The notes under the pieces were generated by a model. That model saw nothing but the letters and a program-made list of their open reading frames with translations, had not been told where the DNA came from and did no database searches. The translations under genes and the position numbers were made by a program. Shown here piece after piece: positions 53,323 through 64,000 of a stretch of DNA of 64,000 nucleotides (the first letter of the stretch is position 1; every line of letters begins with the position of its first letter). This DNA comes from Auanema rhodensis (lineage: Eukaryota; Animalia; Nematoda): NCBI GenBank assembly GCA_964057225.1, contig OZ059897.1:19344001-19408000 (forward strand), written 5' to 3'.

Positions 53323-56131
53323 ATATAAGTGTAAACTTATATCAGTTGATATCTCGGTGCATTTTTAAGCTAGCGCAAATCTGATAACACAGATCGACGC
53401 AGCTTAAAAATCCGCATCGAATGCACTATACTACATTGAGAAACGCTTAATACAAAAATTAGTTATGATCGTTTGAAAAATGATGCATTAGTGTATGTTG
53501 AGTTTCCATGTACACTCAACATTGCTTCCAAAAACATTTTGACAAAAATTTTTTCGAAAAATTTCAAAATAATTTAGCAAAAAGTAGATGTTTTTAGATT
53601 CCTTTTTTCAAGGCAAAGACGATGGACAATGTTATTTAACGATAAAATTAATTCTTCAGGGTGAAAATCGAGGATATAAGTGTAAACTTATATCAGTTGA
53701 TATCTCGGTGCATTTTTAAGCTAGCGCAAATCTGATAACACAGATCGACGCAGCTTAAAAATCCGCATCGAATGCACTATACTACATTGAGAAACGCTTA
53801 ATACAAAAATTAGTTATGATCGTTTGAAAAATGATGCATTAGTGTATGTTGAGTTTCCATGTACACTCAACATTGCTTCCAAAAACATTTTGACAAAAAT
53901 TTTTTCGAAAAATTTCAAAATAATTTAGCCAAAAGTAGATGTTTTTAGATTCCTTTTTTCAAGGCAAAGACGATGGACAATGTTATTCAACGAAAAAATT
54001 AATTCTTCAGGGTGAAAATCGAGGATATAAGTGTAAACTTATATCAGTTGATATCTCGGTGCATTTTTAAGCTAGCGCAAATCTGATAACACAGATCGAC
54101 GCAGCTTAAAAATCCGCATCGAATGCACTATACTACATTGAGAAACGCTTAATACAAAAATTAGTTATGATCGTTTGAAAAATGATGCATTAGTGTATGT
54201 TGAGTTTCCATGTACACTCAACATTGCTTCCAAAAACATTTTGACAAAAATTTTTTCGAAAAATTTCAAAATAATTTAGCAAAAAGTAGATGTTTTTAGA
54301 TTCCTTTTTTCAAGGCAAAGACGATGGACAATGTTATTCAACGAAAAAATTAATTCTTCAGGGTGAAAATCGAGGATATAAGTGTGAACTTATATCAGTT
54401 GATATCTCGGTACATTTTTAAGCTAGCGCAAATCTGATAACACAGATCGACGCAGCTTAAAAATCCGCATCGAATGCACTATACTACATTGAGAAACGCT
54501 TTATACAAAAATTAGTTATGATCGTTTGAAAAATGATGCATTAGTGTATGTTGAGTTTCCATGTACACTCAACATTGCTTCCAAAAACATTTTGACAAAA
54601 ATTTTTTCGAAAAATTTCAAAATAATTTAGCAAAAAGTAGATGTTTTTAGATTCCTTTTTTCAAGGCAAAGACGATGGACAATGTTATTTAACGATAAAA
54701 TTAATTCTTCAGGGTGAAAATCGAGGATATAAGTGTAAACTTATATCAGTTGATATCTCGGTGCATTTTTAAGCTAGCGCAAATCTGATAACACAGATCG
54801 ACGCAGCTTAAAAATCCGCATCGAATGCACTATACTACATTGAGAAACGCTTAATACAAAAATTAGTTATGATCGTTTGAAAAATGATGCATTAGTGTAT
54901 GTTGAGTTTCCATGTACACTCAACATTGCTTCCAAAAACATTTTGACAAAAATTTTTTCGAAAAATTTCAAAATAATTTAGCCAAAAGTAGATGTTTTTA
55001 GATTCCTTTTTTCAAGGCAAAGACGATGGACAATGTTATTCAACGAAAAAATCAATTCTTCAGGGTGAAAATCGAGGATATAAGTGTAAACTTATATCAG
55101 TTGATATCTCGGTGCATTTTTAAGCTAGCGCAAATCTGATAACACAGATCGACGCAGCTTAAAAATCCGCATCGAATGCACTATACTACATTGAGAAACG
55201 CTTAATACAAAAATTAGTTATGATCGTTTGAAAAATGATGCATTAGTGTATGTTGAGTTTCCATGTACACTCAACATTGCTTCCAAAAACATTTTGACAA
55301 AAATTTTTTCGAAAAATTTCAAAATAATTTAGCAAAAAGTAGATGTTTTTAGATTCCTTTTTTTAAGGCAAAGACGATGGACAATGTTATTCAACGAAAA
55401 AATTAATTCTTCAGGGTGAAAATCGAGGATATAAGTGTGAACTTATATCAGTTGATATCTCGGTACATTTTTAAGCTAGCGCAAATCTGATAACACAGAT
55501 CGACGCAGCTTAAAAATCCGCATCGAATGCACTATACTACATTGAGAAACGCTTTATACAAAAATTAGTTATGATCGTTTGAAAAATGATGCATTAGTGT
55601 ATGTTGAGTTTCCATGTACACTCAACATTGCTTCCAAAAACATTTTGACAAAAATTTTTTCGAAAAATTTCAAAATAATTTAGCAAAAAGTAGATGTTTT
55701 TAGATTCCTTTTTTCAAGGCAAAGACGATGGACAATGTTATTTAACGATAAAATTAATTCTTCAGGGTGAAAATCGAGGATATAAGTGTAAACTTATATC
55801 AGTTGATATCTCGGTGCATTTTTAAGCTAGCGCAAATCTGATAACACAGATCGACGCAGCTTAAAAATCCGCATCGAATGCACTATACTACATTGAGAAA
55901 CGCTTAATACAAAAATTAGTTATGATCGTTTGAAAAATGATGCATTAGTGTATGTTGAGTTTCCATGTACACTCAACATTGCTTCCAAAAACATTTTGAC
56001 AAAAATTTTTTCGAAAAATTTCAAAATAATTTAGCCAAAAGTAGATGTTTTTAGATTCCTTTTTTTAAAGGCAAAGACGATGGACAATGTTATTCAACGA
56101 AAAAATTAATTCTTCAGGGTGAAAATCGAGG
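53323..56131 (+). repeat. Trimeric higher-order repeat (1053 bp), degenerate
   Basis: AACGATAAAA occurs in m153, 156, 159 and TAGCC in m154, 157, 160. GCTTTAT occurs in m156 and m159. Confidence 0.75.
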
Positions 56132-56482
56132 ATATAAGTGTAAACTTATATCAGTTGATATCTCGGTGCATTTTTAAGCTAGCGCAAATCTGATAACACA
56201 GATCGACGCAGCTTAAAAATCCGCATCGAATGCACTATACTACATTGAGAAACGCTTAATACAAAAATTAGTTATGATCGTTTGAAAAATGATGCATTAG
56301 TGTATGTTGAGTTTCCATGTACACTCAACATTGCTTCCAAAAACATTTTGACAAAAATTTTTTCGAAAAATTTCAAAATAATTTAGCCAAAAGTAGATGT
56401 TTTTAGATTCCTTTTTTCAAGGCAAAGACGATGGACAATGTTATTCAACGAAAAAATTAATTCTTCAGGGTGAAAATCGAGG

Positions 56483-59400
56483 ATATAAGTGTAAACTTAT
56501 ATCAGTTGATATCTCGGTGCATTTTTAAGCTAGCGCAAATCTGATAACACAGATCGACGCAGCTTAAAAATCCGCATCGAATGCACTATACTACATTGAG
56601 AAACGCTTAATACAAAAATTAGTTATGATCGTTTGAAAAATGATGCATTAGTGTATGTTGAGTTTCCATGTACACTCAACATTGCTTCCAAAAACATTTT
56701 GACAAAAATTTTTTCGAAAAATTTCAAAATAATTTAGCAAAAAGTAGATGTTTTTAGATTCCTTTTTTCAAGGCAAAGACGATGGACAATGTTATTCAAC
56801 GAAAAAATTATTTCTTCAGGGTGAAAATCGAGGATATAAGTGTGAACTTATAACAGTTGATATCTCGGTACATTTTTAAGCTAGCGCAAATCTGATAACA
56901 CAGATCGACGCAGCTTAAAAATCCGCATCGAATGCACTATACTACATTGAGAAACGCTTAATACAAAAATTAGTTATGATCGTTTGAAAAATGATGCATT
57001 AGTGTATGTTGAGTTTCCATGTACACTCAACATTGCTTCCAAAAACATTTTGACAAAAATTTTTTCGAAAAATTTCAAAATAATTTAGCAAAAAGTAGAT
57101 GTTTTTAGATTCCTTTTTTCAAGGCAAAGACGATGGACAATGTTATTTAACGAAAAAATTAATTCTTCAGGGTGAAAGTCGAGGATATAAGTGTAAACTT
57201 ATATCAGTTGATATCTCGGTGCATTTTTAAGCTAGCGCAAATCTGATAACACAGATCGACGCAGCTTAAAAATCCGCATCGAATGCACTATACTACATTG
57301 AGAAACGCTTAATACAAAAATTAGTTATGATCGTTTGAAAAATGATGCATTAGTGTATGTTGAGTTTCCATGTACACTCAACATTGCTTCCAAAAACATT
57401 TTGACAAAAATTTTTTCGAAAAATTTCAAAATAATTTAGCAAAAAGTAGATGTTTTTAGATTCCTTTTTTCAAGGCAAAGACGATGGACAATGTTATTTA
57501 ACGAAAAAATTAATTCTTCAGGGTGAAAATCGAGGATATAAGTGTAAACTTATATCAGTTGATATCTCGGTGCATTTTTAAGCTAGCGCAAATCTGATAA
57601 CACAGATCGACGCAGCTTAAAAATCCGCATCGAATGCACTATACTACATTGAGAAACGCTTAATACAAAAATTAGTTATGATCGTTTGAAAAATGATGCA
57701 TTAGTGTATGTTGAGTTTCCATGTACACTCAACATTGCTTCCAAAAACATTTTGACAAAAATTTTTTCGAAAAATTTCAAAATAATTTAGCCAAAAATAG
57801 ATGTTTTTAGATTCCTTTTTTCAAGGCAAAGACGATGGACAATGTTATTCAACGAAAAAATTAATTCTTCAGGGTGAAAATCGAGGATATAAGTGTAAAC
57901 TTATATCAGTTGATATCTCGGTGCATTTTTAAGCTAGCGCAAATCTGATAACACAGATCGACGCAGCTTAAAAATCCGCATCGAATGCACTATACTACAT
58001 TGAGAAACGCTTAATACAAAAATTAGTTATGATCGTTTGAAAAATGATGCATTAGTGTATGTTGAGTTTCCATGTACACTCAACATTGCTTCCAAAAACA
58101 TTTTGACAAAAATTTTTTCGAAAAATTTCAAAATAATTTAGCAAAAAGTAGATGTTTTTAGATTCCTTTTTTCAAGGCAAAGACGATGGACAATGTTATT
58201 CAACGAAAAAATTAATTCTTCAGGGTGAAAATCGAGGATATAAGTGTGAACTTATAACAGTTGATATCTCGGTACATTTTTAAGCTAGCGCAAATCTGAT
58301 AACACAGATCGACGCAGCTTAAAAATCCGCATCGAATGCACTATACTACATTGAGAAACGCTTAATACAAAAATTAGTTATGATCGTTTGAAAAATGATG
58401 CATTAGTGTATGTTGAGTTTCCATGTACACTCAACATTGCTTCCAAAAACATTTTGACAAAAATTTTTTCGAAAAATTTCAAAATAATTTAGCAAAAAGT
58501 AGATGTTTTTAGATTCCTTTTTTCAAGGCAAAGACGATGGAAAATGTTATTTAACGAAAAAATTAATTCTTCAGGGTGAAAGTCGAGGATATAAGTGTAA
58601 ACTTATATCAGTTGATATCTCGGTGCATTTTTAAGCTAGCGCAAATCTGATAACACAGATCGACGCAGCTTAAAAATCCGCATCGAATGCACTATACTAC
58701 ATTGAGAAACGCTTAATACAAAAATTAGTTATGATCGTTTGAAAAATGATGCATTAGTGTATGTTGAGTTTCCATGTACACTCAACATTGCTTCCAAAAA
58801 CATTTTGACAAAAATTTTTTCGAAAAATTTCAAAATAATTTAGCAAAAAGTAGATGTTTTTAGATTCCTTTTTTCAAGGCAAAGACGATGGACAATGTTA
58901 TTTAACGAAAAAATTAATTCTTCAGGGTGAAAATCGAGGATATAAGTGTAAACTTATATCAGTTGATATCTCGGTGCATTTTTAAGCTAGCGCAAATCTG
59001 ATAACACAGATCGACGCAGCTTAAAAATCCGCATCGAATGCACTATACTACATTGAGAAACGCTTAATACAAAAATTAGTTATGATCGTTTGAAAAATGA
59101 TGCATTAGTGTATGTTGAGTTTCCATGTACACTCAACATTGCTTCCAAAAACATTTTGACAAAAATTTTTTCGAAAAATTTCAAAATAATTTAGCCAAAA
59201 GTAGATGTTTTTAGATTCCTTTTTTCAAGGCAAAGACGATGGACAATGTTATTCAACGAAAAAATTAATTCTTCAGGGTGAAAATCGAGGATATAAGTGT
59301 AAACTTATATCAGTTGATATCTCGGTGCATTTTTAAGCTAGCGCAAATCTGATAACACAGATCGACGCAGCTTAAAAATCCGCATCGAATGCACTATACT

Positions 59401-62400
59401 ACATTGAGAAACGCTTAATACAAAAATTAGTTATGATCGTTTGAAAAATGATGCATTAGTGTATGTTGAGTTTCCATGTACACTCAACATTGCTTCCAAA
59501 AACATTTTGACAAAAATTTTTTCGAAAAATTTCAAAATAATTTAGCAAAAAGTAGATGTTTTTAGATTCCTTTTTTCAAGGCAAAGACGATGGACAATGT
59601 TATTTAACGAAAAAATTAATTCTTCAGGGTGAAAATCGAGGATATAAGTGTAAACTTATATCAGTTGATATCTCGGTGCATTTTTTAGCTAGAGCAAATC
59701 TGATAACACAGATCGACGCAGCTTAAAAATCCGCATCGAATGCACTATACTACATTGAGAAACGCTTAATACAAAAATTAGTTATGATCGTTTGAAAAAT
59801 GATGCATTAGTGTATGTTGAGTTTCCATGTACACTCAACATTGCTTCCAAAAACATTTTGACAAAAATTTTTTCGAAAAATTTCAAAATAATTTAGCCAA
59901 AAGTAGATGTTTTTAGATTCCTTTTTTCAAGGCAAAGACGATGGACAATGTTATTCAACGAAAAAATTAATTCTTCAGGGTGAAAATCGAGGATATAAGT
60001 GTAAACTTATATCAGTTGATATCTCGGTGCATTTTTAAGCTAGCGCAAATCTGATAACACAGATCGACGCAGCTTAAAAATCCGCATCGAATGCACTATA
60101 CTACATTGAGAAACGCTTAATACAAAAATTAGTTATGATCGTTTGAAAAATGATGCATTAGTGTATGTTGAGTTTCCATGTACACTCAACATTGCTTCCA
60201 AAAACATTTTGACAAAAATTTTTTCGAAAAATTTCAAAATAATTTAGCAAAAAGTAGATGTTTTTAGATTCCTTTTTTCAAGGCAAAGACGATGGACAAT
60301 GTTATTCAACGAAAAAATTAATTCTTCAGGGTGAAAATCGAGGATATAAGTGTGAACTTATAACAGTTGATATCTCGGTACATTTTTAAGCTAGCGCAAA
60401 TCTGATAACACAGATCGACGCAGCTTAAAAATCCGCATCGAATGCACTATACTACATTGAGAAACGCTTAATACAAAAATTAGTTATGATCGTTTGAAAA
60501 ATGATGCATTAGTGTATGTTGAGTTTCCATGTACACTCAACATTGCTTCCAAAAACATTTTGACAAAAATTTTTTCGAAAAATTTCAAAATAATTTAGCA
60601 AAAAGTAGATGTTTTTAGATTCCTTTTTTCAAGGCAAAGACGATGGACAATGTTATTTAACGAAAAAATTAATTCTTCAGGGTGAAAGTCGAGGATATAA
60701 GTGTAAACTTATATCAGTTGATATCTCGGTGCATTTTTAAGCTAGCGCAAATCTGATAACACAGATCGACGCAGCTTAAAAATCCGCATCGAATGCACTA
60801 TACTACATTGAGAAACGCTTAATACAAAAATTAGTTATGATCGTTTGAAAAATGATGCATTAGTGTATGTTGAGTTTCCATGTACACTCAACATTGCTTC
60901 CAAAAACATTTTGACAAAAATTTTTTCGAAAAATTTCAAAATAATTTAGCAAAAAGTAGATGTTTTTAGATTCCTTTTTTCAAGGCAAAGACGATGGACA
61001 ATGTTATTTAACGAAAAAATTAATTCTTCAGGGTGAAAATCGAGGATATAAGTGTAAACTTATATCAGTTGATATCTCGGTGCATTTTTTAGCTAGAGCA
61101 AATCTGATAACACAGATCGACGCAGCTTAAAAATCCGCATCGAATGCACTATACTACATTGAGAAACGCTTAATACAAAAATTAGTTATGATCGTTTGAA
61201 AAATGATGCATTAGTGTATGTTGAGTTTCCATGTACACTCAACATTGCTTCCAAAAACATTTTGACAAAAATTTTTTCGAAAAATTTCAAAATAATTTAG
61301 CCAAAAGTAGATGTTTTTAGATTCCTTTTTTCAAGGCAAAGACGATGGACAATGTTATTCAACGAAAAAATTAATTCTTCAGGGTGAAAATCGAGGATAT
61401 AAGTGTAAACTTATATCAGTTGATATCTCGGTGCATTTTTAAGCTAGCGCAAATCTGATAACACAGATCGACGCAGCTTAAAAATCCGCATCGAATGCAC
61501 TATACTACATTGAGAAACGCTTAATACAAAAATTAGTTATGATCGTTTGAAAAATGATGCATTAGTGTATGTTGAGTTTCCATGTACACTCAACATTGCT
61601 TCCAAAAACATTTTGACAAAAATTTTTTCGAAAAATTTCAAGATAATTTAGCAAAAAGTAGATGTTTTTAGATTCCTTTTTTCAAGGCAAAGACGATGGA
61701 CAATGTTATTCAACGAAAAAATTAATTCTTCAGGGTGAAAATCGAGGATATAAGTGTGAACTTATAACAGTTGATATCTCGGTACATTTTTAAGCTAGCG
61801 CAAATCTGATAACACAGATCGACGCAGCTTAAAAATCCGCATCGAATGCACTATACTACATTGAGAAACGCTTAATACAAAAATTAGTTATGATCGTTTG
61901 AAAAATGATGCATTAGTGTATGTTGAGTTTCCATGTACACTCAACATTGCTTCCAAAAACATTTTGACAAAAATTTTTTCGAAAAATTTCAAAATAATTT
62001 AGCAAAAAGTAGATGTTTTTAGATTCCTTTTTTCAAGGCAAAGACGATGGACAATGTTATTTAACGAAAAAATTAATTCTTCAGGGTGAAAGTCGAGGAT
62101 ATAAGTGTAAACTTATATCAGTTGATATCTCGGTGCATTTTTAAGCTAGCGCAAATCTGATAACACAGATCGACGCAGCTTAAAAATCCGCATCGAATGC
62201 ACTATACTACATTGAGAAACGCTTAATACAAAAATTAGTTATGATCGTTTGAAAAATGATGCATTAGTGTATGTTGAGTTTCCATGTACACTCAACATTG
62301 CTTCCAAAAACATTTTGACAAAAATTTTTTCGAAAAATTTCAAAATAATTTAGCAAAAAGTAGATGTTTTTAGATTCCTTTTTTCAAGGCAAAGACGATG

Positions 62401-62449
62401 GACAATGTTATTTAACGAAAAAATTAATTCTTCAGGGTGAAAATCGAGG
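56483..62449 (+). repeat. Tetrameric higher-order repeat (1404 bp), ~4 copies with a 2-monomer insert
   Basis: The G11/A20/A37+GAAAGTCG monomer is at m163, 167, 173, 177. Each is preceded by a C315 monomer and followed by a consensus monomer, and then by a TAGCC monomer in the first three copies. TTTTTAGCTAGAGC occurs in m171 and m175. Confidence 0.82.
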
Positions 62450-64000
62450 ATATAAGTGTAAACTTATATCAGTTGATATCTCGGTGCATTTTTAAGCTAG
62501 CGCAAATCTGATAACACAGATCGACGCAGCTTAAAAATCCGCATCGAATGCACTATACTACATGGAAGAACGCTTAATACAAAAATTAGTTATGATCGTT
62601 TGAAAAATGATGCATTAGTGTATGTTGAGTTTCCATGTACACTCAACATTGCTTCCAAAAACATTTTGACAAAAATTTTTTCGAAAAATTTCAAAATAAT
62701 TTAGCAAAAAGTAGATGTTTTTAGATTCCTTTTTTCAAGGCAAAGACGATGGACAATGTTATTTAACGGAAAAATTAATTCTTCAGGGTGAAAATCGAGG
62801 ATATAAGTGTAAACTTATATCAGTTGATATCTCGGTGCATTTTTAAGCTAGCGCAAATCTGATAACACAGATCGACGCAGCTTAAAAATCCGCATCGAAT
62901 GCACTATACTACATGGAAGAACGCTTAATACAAAAATTAGTTATGATCGTTTGAAAAATGATGCATTAGTGTATGTTGAGTTTCCATGTACACTCAACAT
63001 TGCTTCCAAAAACATTTTGACAAAAATTTTTTCGAAAAATTTCAAAATAATTTAGCAAAAAGTAGATGTTTTTAGATTCCTTTTTTCAAGGCAAAGACTA
63101 TGAACAATGTTATTCAACGAAAAAATTAATTCTTCAGGGTGAAAATCGAGGATATAAGTGTAAACTTATATCAGTTGATATCTCGGTGCATTTTTAAGCT
63201 AGCGTGAATCTGATAACACAGATCGACGCAGCTTAAAAATCCGCATCGAATGCACTATACTACATTGGGAAACGCTTAATACAAAAATTAGTTATGATCG
63301 TTTGAAAAATGATGCATTAGTGTATGTTGAGTTTCCATGTACACTCAACATTGCTTCCAAAAACATTTTGACAAAAATTTTTTCGAAAAATTTCAAAATA
63401 ATTTAGCAAAAAGTAGATGTTTTTAGATTCCTTTTTTCAAGGCAAAGACGATGGACAATGTTATTTAACGAAAAAATTAATTCTTCAGGGTGAAAATCGA
63501 GGATATAAGTGTAAACTTATATCAGTTGATATCTCGGTGCATTTTTAAGCTAGCGCAAATCTGATAACACAGATCGACGCAGCTTAAAAATCCGCATCGA
63601 ATGCACTATACTACATGGAAGAACGCTTAATACAAAAATTAGTTATGATCGTTTGAAAAATGATGCATTAGTGTATGTTGAGTTTCCATGTACACTCAAC
63701 ATTGCTTCCAAAAACATTTTGACAAAAATTTTTTCGAAAAATTTCAAAATAATTTAGCAAAAAGTAGATGTTTTTAGATTCCTTTTTTCAAGGCAAAGAC
63801 GATGGACAATGTTATTCAACGAAAAAATTAATTCTTCAGGGTGAAAATCGAGGATATAAGTGTAAACTTATATCAGTTGATATCTCGGTGCATTTTTAAG
63901 CTAGCGCAAATCTGATAACACAGATCGACGCAGCTTAAAAATCCGCATCGAATGCACTATACTACATTGGGAAACGCTTAATACAAAAATTAGTTATGAT

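Larger units (their letters stand above)
1..64000 (+). repeat. Tandem satellite DNA array, 351-bp monomer, ~182.4 copies, open at both window ends
   Basis: ATATAAGTGT (or its variant ATATATGTGT) recurs at 1, 352, 703 ... 7021 (=1+20x351) ... 63854. The start of m183 equals 1+182x351-29, which is exactly explained by fifteen 2-bp deletions and one 1-bp insertion. No inversions or foreign insertions were seen. Confidence 0.99.

Noticed and set aside
1-64000. CRISPR array or integron-like cassette array (palindromic repeats at regular spacing)
   Set aside because: There are no unique spacers or cassettes; the sequence between palindromes is as conserved as the palindromes. No cas or integrase gene is present.
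1-64000. Artefactual concatemer (rolling-circle amplification or assembly collapse)
   Set aside because: Variants are shared in ordered, hierarchical blocks and regional domains, as expected from real array evolution rather than random error on one template. Exact copy number still needs read support.

Overview
The whole 64-kb window is one uninterrupted head-to-tail array of a 351-bp, AT-rich satellite (about 31% GC by hand count, 108/351). It holds 182 complete monomers plus a 147-bp partial one, all in the same orientation. Most monomers differ from the consensus at only 0-5 positions. All six reading frames are closed within the monomer, and I see no gene, RNA gene, CRISPR array or inserted transposon. 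It looks like eukaryotic (peri)centromeric or heterochromatic satellite DNA; I cannot name the family or species. Four things carry information. (1) The monomer is packed with nested and competing inverted repeats, including a ~120-bp degenerate dyad. (2) A ~60-bp segment with a hairpin is almost invariant. (3) Several recurrent variants create or perfect inverted repeats. (4) Diagnostic variants split the array into successive domains with different higher-order periods (irregular 11-13-mer, 6-mer, dimer, trimer, tetramer), with signs of long-range transfer. All variant calls were made by eye. 'Pos' means position within the monomer, with pos 1 = window base 1; 'm' numbers are monomer indices.
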